Assembly (NCBI GenBank): GCA_963749915.1
Contig: CAVVOP010000025.1
Coordinates: 15,625-79,624, forward strand
Reading direction: 5' to 3'
Length of the DNA stretch: 64,000 nucleotides
DNA from: an uncultured cyanobacterium
GTDB taxonomy: Bacteria > Cyanobacteriota > Cyanobacteriia > Cyanobacteriales > Cyanobacteriaceae
Both the position numbers and the translations under genes were made by a program. The notes beneath the pieces were generated by a model that saw only the letters and a list, made by a program, of their open reading frames with translations, ran no database searches and was not told where the DNA came from. Shown in pieces: positions 41,600-53,394 of this stretch (its first letter is position 1; each line of letters opens with the position of its first letter).

Positions 41600-43135
41600 G
41601 TAACCGTTCACACCCCCCCATTTGTCGAAGCCCTCTTTTTTCATAAATGGGAGTTTTGTTCGCGAGATAAAATCGCGAACTTTACCCAGAATGATGATCT
41701 GTGTGATCACCCCCTCAGATTTTTAAGTTCTCTTTCATTGGCAGAGAACTTTGTCCAATTACTCTACTGATCAACCAGTGGGTATTGGTGGAGGAGAAAG
41801 ACCTTTTCTTGCCCTCGCAATTACTTCACAGATATATGACCATGGATTTACACTTCTCAAACGGCAAGTTTCAATCACACTCAACAAGCAACTGTAAGCC
41901 AAACTCCCTTCGTTGGTTCTAGTGCCATAACTGATTCTTCGTCCAATTACTGCATGACGTAAAGCTCTTTCGGCTTCATTGTTGGTTGGTGGTAATTCTG
42001 GATTATTAACAAATGCAATCACCGCATCCCAATCATTGAGAATTTCTTTGGCCAAGGCTTTGAGCTTGTCATGAGGTTTTTGGGAACCTAAAAAACAACT
42101 TGCTTCTAGCACCATCAAATTATTTGAAATCGTTTTTGATGATTTATCCTCTCCCTTGGCATACGATAACTTAAATAACCATCTGTGACTAACCATCCCA
42201 CAAAGGCTTCTGTCACTAAATGTAATAATTCTTCTTTCCGGCGAGAACCAATGTGATACACTGCTGTCTTCCCTGAAATAGCTACCCATAACCATTGAAG
42301 AGCTCCTTGAACTTCCCAATGAGTCTCATCTAGATGTAAAACTTCTACCTTTTGTATTTCTTCAATTAATTTTTCTACCACTGGACTACAGGCTATTCCT
42401 GCTTCGCGAATACATCTGTCGATGGTTCCCACACTCAATTCTGTCTCCGTCCATTCCCACAAAAATTCTTTAATTTTGACTCTACTCATTCGGTAACGTA
42501 CACTTAAACTAGCAATGAAAGTTGCCAACATCGGACCTACCAACACATATTCTTTTAATTTTAAGTCCATTGAGCGACCATCAATGGTTGAGATATAACC
42601 GACCCCCGGACTTGCTTTGGTCTTATGTCCACATTCACAAGTTAACTCATAATAATGGTGTAGCTGACAAACAACTTTTAATCCCGATTTTAGAGCTTTT
42701 AATTCCAGAATATGATACCCCATATACGGTTTATCATTTTCAATTGTTAACGAATGATTACAACTAGAACAATAGTCGGGATAATGGGGGATAATTTCTT
42801 CTGTAACCAGTGGTTTGGTTCGCCAAAATCCTTGTGCCCCTGGTTGTTTTCCCGGTCTTCTTTTTTTTAGAGAATCGTTAATCGGTTTTTTTCCCAGATC
42901 GGCTGAAGTTTGATTTTCGAGTTGCCCTGCTTCTTCTCCTTCTGAATCTTCTGGTTGATTATTTAATTCTGAGGGTACATCCACTTCTTCTTTCTTCTTT
43001 TTTTCGTCTGATAGGGATTATCAGTAGAAGGTGGACGAGAACTATTACTTGAGGAAAGTTCTAATTTTTCGCACTGTTCTATGGCTAGTTGATGTAAATT
43101 GGTAGCAACTTCTACTAACCTCTGTTTTTCCAGAG
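41600..43135 (-). mobile_element. IS66-family element (single transposase) remnant: frameshifted, internally deleted, 5'-truncated
   Basis: End GTAACCGTTCAC at 41600; NSSRPPSTD, RRPGKQPGAQG, LHLDETHW, VTDGY, PTNNEAERALR. Confidence 0.88.
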
Positions 43136-43817
43136 ATTAATCTTAAACCGAACCTTTTTCTTCTATTTCGATAACGTTCTGACAAGATTTTAAATATTTT
43201 TAGCTTTCTATTTACGTGTTCTATTACAATTCTCTGTTTATTTATTTCTCTATTCTTGGCTTTTTCTTCAGCCGTTAGTTTTTTATTTTTTGTCTTCTTT
43301 TTGGGGATATCAGTTAATTTATGTATTTTCTGTATTCCTTGATAACCTTTATCTACTAAACATTTTATTTTTTGACTTAATGGCAATTTACTTTTCTTAA
43401 ATATTTTAAAATCGTGTTCTTTTCCTAGTCCATTTACATAACAAATTATTTCCAAACTTGTTTGATTTACAACTAATTGTGATTTTAAAGTATGTTGTTT
43501 CTTTTTGCCACTATAGTATCTTTTTTGACCTTTTACCGGTCTCTCTATTGGACTTTCTGTTACATCAATCAGAATGACTTTAATCCCACTTTCAAGTTTC
43601 ATTTTTATGAACAATTCGACAAACAGTTGATTCGGAAATATTCCAATCTTCAGATATATGAAAATAAGTTCTATACTCTCTTAAACTTTTTTGGTGGTAA
43701 TTTTTCTATTTTTTTAAATTTCATAAGCAAATCTTATACTTTTCTAGTAAGCGATCGCTTACATTAACAAATTTTGACACTTAATTTTAACTGATATTCA
43801 ATTTTGCAAGAGGTCTA
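43128..43817 (-). mobile_element. IS5-family (DDE_Tnp_4-like) remnant: left end plus deleted transposase, 3'-truncated
   Basis: End TAGACCTCTTGCAAAA on the minus strand at 43817; IDVTESPIERP, YSGKKKQHTLK, DKGYQG, RIVIEHVNRKLKIF. Confidence 0.85.
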
Positions 43818-44285
43818 TTACCTCTTTTGGCGCATCACCCAGAAATAACGGCATTACTAGGTAAAAAAGCACGAAATAGAGTCTTGGAAAAATATACTTT
43901 AAGGGATAATGTGACGAGATTAGAGCAACTTTACATTGAATTATGTAGCCAAAAAGTATATTTTTAAAATGTAGATAATGGTCGTTAATTGCTAATTGGT
44001 AAAATTATTAATAAACTTTTAACTAGGTTTTTCGTTTTTATTTCTATTTGTAGCCAATCTAATTCTCCCTTATCATCCAGCAAATTTTTATCGGTTGTTA
44101 CTGGTTCAATTTGATCTTTTTCATAACTGTCAAAACATATTTGAAAACAAAGTTCCCAGATACTATATTTGCTTAAATAATTATCTTTTTTTAAACACAG
44201 GATATAACCCGGAAAAGGTTCGGTAATTTCTTCATAACTCACATCCCATTCTAGTAATTCTGATTCTTGGCGAATATTATCTATC
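43816..44285. repeat. 470-bp direct duplication, copy 2
   Basis: Matches 41130-41599 at an offset of 2686 bp. Confidence 0.95.
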
Positions 44286-44359
44286 AGTCTTATATAAATT
44301 GGTTGTAACAATAATTGAGTTTTTTCATATTCTAATATGTTTTTAAATTTTGGTCGCAT
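43985..44359 (-). CDS. Conserved cyanobacterial hypothetical protein (intact copy)
   Basis: LLLQPIYIRLIDNIRQ, PFPGY, IWELCFQICF. Confidence 0.75.
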   Translation of the reverse strand: MRPKFKNILEYEKTQLLLQPIYIRLIDNIRQESELLEWDVSYEEITEPFPGYILCLKKDNYLSKYSIWELCFQICFDSYEKDQIEPVTTDKNLLDDKGELDWLQIEIKTKNLVKSLLIILPISN

Positions 44360-44381
44360 TATCTTTTATTAAAATATTATT

Positions 44382-44681
44382 TCAAGTCAGTTTTGGACGC
44401 ACAATTTTATAAATAAGTTTAGTGATAACTATAATTTTTTGAATATTTTTGATTTTTGTTTTCAAATTAACATAATCACTTCTAAATTTTTTAATTTCTA
44501 AACCAGTAAGTAAAATTACTAAAGGTATTTCTTTTAAAATTAAAAGTAAATTATCATTCAATTCTAATAATGTCTCATTAAAATTCAATAAATAATTTCT
44601 CAATTGTGTCAATTTCCAGATTAAGTAAAAATTAATAACTACAATTACTAAATTTAAAAACACAATAATTTTAACTGACAT
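44382..44681 (-). CDS. Hypothetical membrane-anchored protein
   Basis: 99-aa ORF with N-terminal TM segment; co-oriented with its neighbours. Confidence 0.55.
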   Translation of the reverse strand: MSVKIIVFLNLVIVVINFYLIWKLTQLRNYLLNFNETLLELNDNLLLILKEIPLVILLTGLEIKKFRSDYVNLKTKIKNIQKIIVITKLIYKIVRPKLT

Positions 44682-44716
44682 TAGACTTTTAAATTTACAG
44701 TTACAAAAAAAATATT

Positions 44717-44971
44717 TTACTTGTATTTGAGTTTAAAAAACAATATTGTCCCAGCTAAAATTAAAGTGATTAAATTACTAATAATAATAGGTGTATCTTT
44801 TTGCAAAATTCCATAAATTAACCACAGGAAAACACCTATACAAAAACTTAAAAACATCGCTAGGGAAATATCTTTTGCCGATTTAGATCGCCATGTTTTA
44901 ATTACCTGTGGGAAAAAAGAGATAGTAGTTAAAGTACCAGCCATCAAACCAATAATTGTTACAGAAGTCAT
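44717..44971 (-). CDS. SemiSWEET/PQ-loop transporter
   Basis: TTISFFPQVIKTWRSKSAKDISL, WLIYG. Confidence 0.9.
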   Translation of the reverse strand: MTSVTIIGLMAGTLTTISFFPQVIKTWRSKSAKDISLAMFLSFCIGVFLWLIYGILQKDTPIIISNLITLILAGTILFFKLKYK

Positions 44972-45048
44972 AATTTAGCAGTTCGGAGTGTAAGGACAAG
45001 TAATAAATATTCGTTATTGTTTTTCTCAATTATTCATGGTCAATTGTC

Positions 45049-45074
45049 AAAAAACCTCCTAAAAAAATAGGAGG
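45049..45074 (-). terminator. Intrinsic terminator after tkt
   Basis: CCTCCTA/TAGGAGG stem followed by a T-run on the minus strand. Confidence 0.65.
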
Positions 45075-45110
45075 CTAACAAAATTTTATTGATTATTTAT
45101 GACCGTGAAA

Positions 45111-47117
45111 TTAGCCTAAAATGGCTTTAGCTTTAGCCACAACGTTATCAACGGTAAAACCAAATTTTTCCATGACAACACCACCGGGGGAGGAAGCACC
45201 AAAAGTGTCAACACCGATACTTACGCCTTCATCGCCAACATATTTCGCCCAACCCATGGTGACACCAGCTTCAACGGAAACACGTTTTTTCACCGCCTTA
45301 GGTAATACAGATTCTTTATATTCTTCACTTTGTTTTTCAAATAACTCTAAACAAGGCATAGAAACAACACGGACTTTTTTGCCTTCAGCCCGTAATTTGA
45401 CGGCAGCATCTTCACATAAACCAACTTCGCTACCTGTACCTATTAAGATAATATCAGGAGTTTCTTTGCCACCAGATAATACATAACCACCTTTGGCAAC
45501 GGCATCAATGGAGGAACCTGCTAGGTTTGGTAAGTTTTGACGGGTTAAGGCCATAACAGAAGAGTGTTTCTTGGTGTTGATCGCTACTTTATAAGCCCCA
45601 GAGGTTTCATTCCCGTCAGCAGGACGGAATACCATCAAATCGGGGATTAATCGTAAGGAAGCGACGTGTTCAACGGGTTGGTGAGTAGGACCATCTTCAC
45701 CTAAGGCGATGGAATCATGAGTCATTACCCAAATTACATGTGCTTCAGAAAGGGCTGAAAGACGGATGGAATTTCTCATGTAATCAGTGAACACTAGGAA
45801 AGTCGCACCGTAAGGAATTAAGCCCGTATTATGGAGAGAAATACCGTTGCAAATTGCCCCCATGGCGTGTTCTCTGACCCCAAAATGGACGTTACGATTT
45901 TCGTACGCACCTTTTTGAAAATCGCCAGAAACGCTGATTTGAGTCAAGTTAGAGTGGGTTAAATCCGCAGATCCACCAATTAACTGAGGTAATACTTTGG
46001 CGATGGCATTTAAGCAAATTTCAGAATGTTTACGACTAGCAAGAGCCTTATCTTCAGGGGTGTAGGAAGGTAGACAATCTGCCCAATTTTTGGGTAATTT
46101 ACCAGAAGTGATAGTTTCAAATTCAGCTCCTTCGGTAGGATACTTAGTTTTATAAGTAGCGAAGGTTTGATTCCATTCTGCTTCTAAACTGGCACCTTTT
46201 TCTATGGCTTTACGGAAATGAGTGTAAGCGTCTTCAGGTACAACAAAAGGATCGTAGTTCCAGCCCAAATTTTCACGGGTGGCTTTAACTTCATCACCGC
46301 CTAAGGCCGCACCATGTACTCCTGCTGTATTAGCTTTTTTCGGGGAACCATAACCGATGGTGGTGGTAACTTTGATCATGGTAGGTTTATCAGTAACGGA
46401 TTTAGCTGTAGCAATGGCTTTGGCGATTTCATCTAAATCAGTGTTCCCATTTTTTACGTGAAGAACGTGCCAACCATAAGCCTCGAAACGCTTAGAAACA
46501 TCCTCGGTGAAAGCTATGTCCGTAGAACCATCAATGGAAATGTGGTTATCATCATATAAAGCGATGAGTTTACCTAAACCCCAATGTCCTGCCAAAGAAG
46601 CCGCTTCACCAGAAATTCCTTCCATATTACAACCATCCCCGAGAATAACATAGGTGTAATGATCGATTAAAGTACAATCGGGCTTGTTATATTTAGCCGC
46701 TAAATGAGCTTCTGCTAAAGCTAAACCAACACCATTAGCGATACCTTGTCCCAAGGGGCCAGTGGTTACTTCTATCCCGGCAGTAATATGATTTTCAGGG
46801 TGTCCAGGAGTCTTAGAACCCCATTGACGGAATTGTTTAATATCATCAATACTTACACTCTCGTAACCATACAAGTGTAATAACGAATATAGGAGCATAG
46901 AACCATGACCGGCAGAAAGTACAAAGCGATCGCGGTTAATCCATTGGGGATTTTTGGGGTTAAACTTCATAAATTGATCCCAAAGCACAAAAGCCATAGG
47001 TGCGGCACCCATAGGTAGGCCAGGGTGTCCAGACTTTGCTTTTTCTACCCCATCAATAGAGAGGAAACGAATTGTATTAACGCAGAGTTCTTGAATAGAC
47101 TGGGTTGCAACCACCAT
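45111..47117 (-). CDS. tkt: Transketolase
   Basis: [38 protein letters not shown]. Confidence 0.97.
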   Translation of the reverse strand: MVVATQSIQELCVNTIRFLSIDGVEKAKSGHPGLPMGAAPMAFVLWDQFMKFNPKNPQWINRDRFVLSAGHGSMLLYSLLHLYGYESVSIDDIKQFRQWGSKTPGHPENHITAGIEVTTGPLGQGIANGVGLALAEAHLAAKYNKPDCTLIDHYTYVILGDGCNMEGISGEAASLAGHWGLGKLIALYDDNHISIDGSTDIAFTEDVSKRFEAYGWHVLHVKNGNTDLDEIAKAIATAKSVTDKPTMIKVTTTIGYGSPKKANTAGVHGAALGGDEVKATRENLGWNYDPFVVPEDAYTHFRKAIEKGASLEAEWNQTFATYKTKYPTEGAEFETITSGKLPKNWADCLPSYTPEDKALASRKHSEICLNAIAKVLPQLIGGSADLTHSNLTQISVSGDFQKGAYENRNVHFGVREHAMGAICNGISLHNTGLIPYGATFLVFTDYMRNSIRLSALSEAHVIWVMTHDSIALGEDGPTHQPVEHVASLRLIPDLMVFRPADGNETSGAYKVAINTKKHSSVMALTRQNLPNLAGSSIDAVAKGGYVLSGGKETPDIILIGTGSEVGLCEDAAVKLRAEGKKVRVVSMPCLELFEKQSEEYKESVLPKAVKKRVSVEAGVTMGWAKYVGDEGVSIGVDTFGASSPGGVVMEKFGFTVDNVVAKAKAILG

Positions 47118-47380
47118 AATTAATTTTAAATTTAACTAGATATACATATTTAATTGAGTTAGCCTATATCTTCTCATTGTTTAGGAGACATGGCAAGGGG
47201 CTATTTTTAACCTGAACATGACCTACGCACAATAGCTCTAAAACTTTTAATTTCTCGGCCATCAACTTTAGAGTTTCTTCTACAAGTAACTGTAGTTTAG
47301 ACTAAATAGAAAAAAAGAGTTAAGATATTTAGTACAACAGAACTAAAATTAGGATTAAATTAGGATATAGGTAAATTGCT

Positions 47381-48550
47381 GTGAAAATTGTCTGTTCTCA
47401 AATAGATCTCAAGAATAATTTATCATTAGTTAGTCGTGCTGTGCCAACTCGCCCCACTCATCCCATTTTGGCTAATGTTTTATTGGTAGCTGATCAGGGC
47501 AAAAACCGAGTTACTTTGACGGGGTTTGATTTAAGTTTAGGAATACGCACCAGTTTTTCTGCGGAAGTGGAAGAAGGGGGTATGATTACTTTACCCTCAA
47601 AATTTTTGAATGATATAATCACTCGTTTACCAGAAGGGGAAGTAAGTTTATCCTACGATGAGGAAGAATTGGAAGATAATCCTTTAGTGGATATCGATTC
47701 CTTATCGGGCAAATTTCAATTAAGGGGAGTTAAAGGGGATGAATTCCCCGAATTGCCCACCATCGAGAAAGAAGAAGCCTTTTTATTGCCTGTCACTGCT
47801 TTAGTAGAGGGGTTGAAAGGCTCATTATTTTCTGCTAGTAGCGATGAAACTAAGCAAGTTTTAACGGGAGTACATCTCACCCGCGACTTGGATAGTTTGG
47901 AATTTGCCGCTACAGACGGCCATCGATTGGCAGTAGTGAAAACCACCGAAGAAAAAGAGGAACAAGATGCTGAAAATACTCCCATCAGTGAAGAACAAAA
48001 TTTTACCATCACTATCCCCGCACGAGCTTTGAGAGAGTTGGAAAAAATCTTATCTTTAGCTAAAGAAAATGAATCTGTGGCATTGTATGTTGATCAAGGT
48101 CAAGTCGTATTTGAACTAGGAGATCAACATTTAACTAGCCGTAAATTAGAAGGTGCTTACCCTAATTATAATCAGTTAATACCGAAAAATTTTGAACGGA
48201 CGATGACTGTTGAACGGAAACGAGTTATCGAAAGTTTAGAAAGAGTGTCTGTTTTTGCGGATCAAAAAAATAATTTAGTTAAATTTAAATTAGATCCTGA
48301 CAATAATCAAGTCACTTTATCTGTTTCTGCCAAAGAATTAGGTAATGCGGCATGGGCAATTCCCGCGGAAATTACGGGGGATGGTTTTGAAATTGGCTTT
48401 AATATTAGGTATCTCATGGATGGTTTAAAAGCCTTATCCGCCAATGACATCAAGTTTCAATTTAACGGTGCAACTCAACCTGTCATTACTATCCCTTTAA
48501 GCGGTTTACAAATGACTTATTTAATTATGCCCGTACAAATTAGAGACTAA
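47381..48550 (+). CDS. dnaN: DNA polymerase III beta sliding clamp
   Basis: ATDGHRLA, GAYPNY, IGFNIRYL, YLIMPVQ. Confidence 0.96.
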   Translation: MKIVCSQIDLKNNLSLVSRAVPTRPTHPILANVLLVADQGKNRVTLTGFDLSLGIRTSFSAEVEEGGMITLPSKFLNDIITRLPEGEVSLSYDEEELEDNPLVDIDSLSGKFQLRGVKGDEFPELPTIEKEEAFLLPVTALVEGLKGSLFSASSDETKQVLTGVHLTRDLDSLEFAATDGHRLAVVKTTEEKEEQDAENTPISEEQNFTITIPARALRELEKILSLAKENESVALYVDQGQVVFELGDQHLTSRKLEGAYPNYNQLIPKNFERTMTVERKRVIESLERVSVFADQKNNLVKFKLDPDNNQVTLSVSAKELGNAAWAIPAEITGDGFEIGFNIRYLMDGLKALSANDIKFQFNGATQPVITIPLSGLQMTYLIMPVQIRD

Positions 48551-48625
48551 ATTTATTTTGTCTGAGTTGGGAGTAAAGAAAAAACTAGAAGACTGGGAAA
48601 CTAGAAAAACATTAGCTGTTAATTG

Positions 48626-49879
48626 TTAATTGTTATTAATGGGGAGAGTTAAAGTAAAACAACTGCCTTTATTTTCTTCAGAAATAAGGGTAATATCTCC
48701 CCCATGGAGTCTTGCTAATTCACGGGAAATAACTAAGCCTAATCCTGTACCTCGATGTTGACGATGAAGGGGAGTATTTAATTGAGAAAAAGCCTGAAAT
48801 AACTTTTTTTGGTATTTTTTATTAATGCCAATTCCCGTGTCTATGACACTAAATTTGAAGTAATTATTTTCCTGTTTTACGTCTAAGGTAATTGAACCAT
48901 TTTTAGTAAATTTAACAGCATTAGATAATAGATTTACTAATACTTGTTTAATGCGACGTTGATCTGCATAACAATATTCTACACCAAAAGCTATATTTAA
49001 TTTTAACTCTAAACCTTGTTCTTCTACTTTTGTTTTTATTAAAGCCAAGGATGATTCGCATAATTCACTTATGGATATTTTTTCAATAAATAAATCTTCT
49101 TTATTTGCTTCAATTTTTGATATATCTAATAAATCAGTAACTAGATCTAATAAGTATTTCCCCGACTGATAAATGGCATCTACATATTGAGCTTGTCTTG
49201 GGTTTAATGGCCCATATAATTGTTGTTGCAACATCTTAGCAAATCCTATCACAGCAGCGATCGGGGTTCTTAATTCATGATTCATATGGGAGAAATATTT
49301 ACTTTGATTTTCTTTATTTTGTATAAGTTTTTTTTCCTCTTCTTGTAATTCTATTTCTTTGATTTCTAAGAGTTTTTGATAAAGATATATGGACAAGTAA
49401 TTACCCAATAAATTAGCTATTTTGTGGCTTTCATTTTCTGAACAATTAAAAGTTTCTATGTCAATTAATAAATACCCTAATTTTTTATTTTTAAAACTTA
49501 ACGGAATTATATATAAAAAGTTTATATTATTTTCTTTAAAGTAATCATTATTAAGATTATGATCGTTATCTTTCTCTTGAAAATTTAAAAATATATAATT
49601 ATCTATACATTCTTGTTGTGACTCAGTAATTTTATTTAAACTAGATAAATACTTGTCAGTATCTGTGTTGATACAATTAGTATAAATAACCCTAATATTT
49701 TCAGATTCTTTCACATAATCATTGACAATGACGAAGCCTTTTAATTTTACATATTCCGATAATAGTTTACAGCAACACTCACAAAAGCAATCAATATTGT
49801 TGACATTTTCTAATAAAGAAAATAAATAATTATGAATTTCTTGAGCATTAATTTTCTGTAAAATGAGGTTATTTTGCAT
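48626..49879 (-). CDS. Sensor histidine kinase (HisKA + HATPase)
   Basis: HELRTP, NLLSNAVKFT, DTGIG, GTGLGL. Confidence 0.92.
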   Translation of the reverse strand: MQNNLILQKINAQEIHNYLFSLLENVNNIDCFCECCCKLLSEYVKLKGFVIVNDYVKESENIRVIYTNCINTDTDKYLSSLNKITESQQECIDNYIFLNFQEKDNDHNLNNDYFKENNINFLYIIPLSFKNKKLGYLLIDIETFNCSENESHKIANLLGNYLSIYLYQKLLEIKEIELQEEEKKLIQNKENQSKYFSHMNHELRTPIAAVIGFAKMLQQQLYGPLNPRQAQYVDAIYQSGKYLLDLVTDLLDISKIEANKEDLFIEKISISELCESSLALIKTKVEEQGLELKLNIAFGVEYCYADQRRIKQVLVNLLSNAVKFTKNGSITLDVKQENNYFKFSVIDTGIGINKKYQKKLFQAFSQLNTPLHRQHRGTGLGLVISRELARLHGGDITLISEENKGSCFTLTLPINNN

Positions 49880-49925
49880 ATTTTTTACATTTTATTAAGG
49901 CTAACTAAAAGCCATAAACAATTTT

Positions 49926-50699
49926 TTAGAATTGTCGCCGAGAGAAAATGATGACGGTAATACTTAATAGCAGAATAATATACAAAGCCGCATAAATTAA
50001 ACTACCGACTAATTCTCCTGTACTGGGTAGAATATTGTAAACTGCTCCATTTTTCAAGTTTAATCTTTCTAAATCTGGCAAGATTAAAAAGAGGGTTTTC
50101 GTTATCTTCTCAATACCTGGGTTCTCAGTTATTTTACCTAATTGTAATAAATCTCTACTTAAATGTCCCATTATTAGCACACCAAAACTCAATAGTGTTG
50201 CCAAGATGGAACTGGTAAAGACACCGAAAGTCATAGCTATCGCTGTTAACAATGCTAACTCTAATAAAATATACCCGATAGCCACTAATAAACTTTGTAG
50301 GGGATAGTTTATTCCTAATAGGCTCATCAAGGATAAATATACTATAGTCATGGTAGCAACTAATACTATCAGTACTGCCGATAAACCTAAGTGTTTTCCG
50401 ATAATAAATTCTGTGGTGGTGAGGGGTTTTGGTATTAAAATTAGTACAGTTCTTTTTTCTATCTCTTTATTGATTAATCCTGTACCTACAAATATAGCTA
50501 CTATCGCACCTAATAAGCTAATTCCGCTGATGCCTAAGTCTAAAAATATTTTTTCATCGGCACCCACCGCAATGGGTGGTAAAATGCGAGAAGCGAAAAT
50601 TAGTAATAAGACAAAAAATGCGATTACATATAAAATGCGATCCCTAATGACCTCCCGAAAACCATTAGTTGCGATCGCAAAAATTCGAGTAATATTCAT
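49926..50699 (-). CDS. ABC-2-type transporter permease
   Basis: FREVIRDRILY, KEIEKRTVLILIPKP, IIGKHLG. Confidence 0.85.
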   Translation of the reverse strand: MNITRIFAIATNGFREVIRDRILYVIAFFVLLLIFASRILPPIAVGADEKIFLDLGISGISLLGAIVAIFVGTGLINKEIEKRTVLILIPKPLTTTEFIIGKHLGLSAVLIVLVATMTIVYLSLMSLLGINYPLQSLLVAIGYILLELALLTAIAMTFGVFTSSILATLLSFGVLIMGHLSRDLLQLGKITENPGIEKITKTLFLILPDLERLNLKNGAVYNILPSTGELVGSLIYAALYIILLLSITVIIFSRRQF

Positions 50700-50840
50700 T
50701 GGTGTTTGCCATACTGATTCAAGTAATTAAATAGTATTTTAACCAATCAGTAGTAATTAGCAATTATTAATTCAGGAAAAAAAAAATTAAAATCCCTTTG
50801 TATTTCTAAGCCTTTTGGGCAATTCCTCATCAGTGCGAAC

Positions 50841-52004
50841 TCAATTTCTTACTAAGTTGATGACTTGTGCTAAAGTGGCGGTAAGATTGTCCGTACTATA
50901 ATTATCAATGCAACGTTGCCTAGCTAAATTACCTTTATTCTCGGCTTGGGTATAATTGGCAAAAATAAGGTTGATTTGTTGTGAGATTCCATCAGGGCAT
51001 TGAGGTTCAATAGAATATCCTGTATCCTGTAAGATATTAGGGATTTCTCCGACTTTGGTAGCGATAATGGGTTTTGCCATAGCCATACCCTCAATTAATT
51101 CTAAGGGAAACTTAGCAACGGTTGTTAAACTTTTCCTCGGTGTCACCATGACGATATGACTCATGGCGATAAATTCTGGCATTGCGTCAAAGGCTTGAGG
51201 CTGTATTTGTACAATCCAACGTCCCCATTTTGCTTGTAAAGTGCTTAGATAAGAAGATTGATTTTTGTTACCTCCCACTAACACTAATTTGAGGTCATCT
51301 TGATTTAAACTATCTAAGGCGGTGAATATATCTTCTAAACCTTGGTCTGGTTTCGGTGTACCAGTAAACATTAATAATCTATATTCTGATAATCCATATT
51401 TAGCCCGAATGGCCGTGGGATCGAACTTACTAGGATCGAATAAATTCGTATCTTTTGCACTAGGAAGATAAGTGCCACCATAACGATATTCTAAAAATTT
51501 ACTGCTAAGAGTGATCGCACTTACTTTATCCATGGTTTTTTCCAACCATTTAAGATACAAAGGATGTTGAGGTTTTCTTAATTCACCACTACTGGACAAA
51601 AGATCAGAAATTAAACTACCTTGATATTGCCAATTATCTCCTCCAAAAGCACCCATTTCCCAATCATCAATGTCCAAAATAAGGGGTTTTCTACTACGCC
51701 ATGCCTTAAACAATCCTAATCCCAAGCTGGTTAATTGCGGTTTAAGAACATAAAGAATATCCCCGTCAATTTCCTCAGTGAAATTTAAACCCATTTTTAG
51801 GAAACTAGGCAGATTTGAACCAAAAAGATAGGTAATCGGCAAAGCATAGGGTGGTTCTGGATATATTTGTTCGCCATACAAAAAGCCAAAAATGTTAACT
51901 TGATAACCCAATTTTTGTAAACCTTGGGCGACAATATAACCCCTACTGGTGCCTTGAGATGATAAATCGGGAATTAAAACAGAGATTTTGATTTTATTGG
52001 TCAT
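50841..52004 (-). CDS. GT4 glycosyltransferase
   Basis: ILDIDDWE, KFPLELIEGMAMAKPIIATKVG. Confidence 0.85.
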   Translation of the reverse strand: MTNKIKISVLIPDLSSQGTSRGYIVAQGLQKLGYQVNIFGFLYGEQIYPEPPYALPITYLFGSNLPSFLKMGLNFTEEIDGDILYVLKPQLTSLGLGLFKAWRSRKPLILDIDDWEMGAFGGDNWQYQGSLISDLLSSSGELRKPQHPLYLKWLEKTMDKVSAITLSSKFLEYRYGGTYLPSAKDTNLFDPSKFDPTAIRAKYGLSEYRLLMFTGTPKPDQGLEDIFTALDSLNQDDLKLVLVGGNKNQSSYLSTLQAKWGRWIVQIQPQAFDAMPEFIAMSHIVMVTPRKSLTTVAKFPLELIEGMAMAKPIIATKVGEIPNILQDTGYSIEPQCPDGISQQINLIFANYTQAENKGNLARQRCIDNYSTDNLTATLAQVINLVRN

Positions 52005-52178
52005 AAAAAACTATGGTGGCAAAATTTACTGGAGTAAGTCATTTTTCAAATGAGTAATTAGCAATGAGTAATTAGTAATTCAACAAACCCTATTTATGAT
52101 TTATTCCCCCAATTATCTTCAACTATGATAGTATCTGAGTTAAATTAAGTAACAATATGTAAAAATATTAAATTATTT

Positions 52179-53276
52179 GTGTCGGGGAGTATTAATAAAA
52201 TGAAAAATCAAAGATTATCGGCTAGTAATTTACCGATACAACGCAGTTATAACCAACCCTTAAAAATAGGGGTTATCGGTGTTGGTAACATGGGGCAACA
52301 TCACACCCGTGTGTTAAGTTTACTTAAAGATGTAGAATTAGTGGGCATAGCCGATGTCAATGTCGAAAGAGGCTTGGATGTTGCCAGTAAATATCGAGTT
52401 CATTTTTTCGAGAATTACCTCGAAATGTTATCCCATGTGGACGCAGTTTGTATCGCTGCTCCTACAAAATTACATCATCAGGTGGGTTTAGAATCTTTAA
52501 ATGCCGGAGTCCACGTTTTAATTGAAAAACCCATCGCCGCTAGTATAGCCGAAGCAGAATCCCTAGTCAATGCCGCCGCCGCCACCAACTGTATTTTACA
52601 GGTAGGACATATCGAAAGATTTAACCCCGCCTTCCAGGAATTAAGCAAAGTCTTAGAAACTGAAAATTTATTAGCCTTAGAAGCACATCGCATGAGTCCA
52701 TATTCTGATCGTGCTAATGATGTATCGGTCGTGTTAGACTTAATGATCCATGACTTAGACTTATTATTAGAATTGGCAGGATCTCCTGTAGTTAAACTGA
52801 GTGCTAGTGGTAGTCGAGCTTCTGGATCTGAATATTTAGACTATGTAACCGCAACTCTTAACTTTGCTAATGGAATTGTTGCCACTGTCACCGCCAGTAA
52901 AGTAACCCATCGCAAAATTCGTCGTATCGTAGCACACTGTAAAAACAGTCTTACGGAAGCGGATTTTCTCAACAATGAAATTTTAATCCATCGTCAAACT
53001 ACCGCTAATTATACAACTGATTACGGTCAAGTTTTATATCGTCAAGATGGTTTAATTGAAAAAGTATATACAAGCAATATTGAGCCTTTACACGCAGAAT
53101 TAGAACATTTTGTCGGTTGTGTCAGGGGAGGAAATAAGCCTTCTGTAGGCGGAGAACAGGCCTTGAAAGCCTTACGGTTAGCCAGTTACATTGAACAGTT
53201 AGCCTTAGATGGCAAAGTGTGGCAAGAATCTCCTTTAGACTTAAAACAACTCAATGGGGGGTTTATCAACATTTAA
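52179..53276 (+). CDS. Gfo/Idh/MocA oxidoreductase
   Basis: GVGNMG, VLIEKP, DLMIHDLD. Confidence 0.9.
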   Translation: MSGSINKMKNQRLSASNLPIQRSYNQPLKIGVIGVGNMGQHHTRVLSLLKDVELVGIADVNVERGLDVASKYRVHFFENYLEMLSHVDAVCIAAPTKLHHQVGLESLNAGVHVLIEKPIAASIAEAESLVNAAAATNCILQVGHIERFNPAFQELSKVLETENLLALEAHRMSPYSDRANDVSVVLDLMIHDLDLLLELAGSPVVKLSASGSRASGSEYLDYVTATLNFANGIVATVTASKVTHRKIRRIVAHCKNSLTEADFLNNEILIHRQTTANYTTDYGQVLYRQDGLIEKVYTSNIEPLHAELEHFVGCVRGGNKPSVGGEQALKALRLASYIEQLALDGKVWQESPLDLKQLNGGFINI

Positions 53277-53394
53277 AACCATTGATGATTGATAATCACA
53301 ATTAACAATTAATTTAAAAGACTGAAAAACTAGAAATAAATCAACTTTTACCTTATGATTTATTGGCAAATGGGAATTGAATAAATTATAAAAT

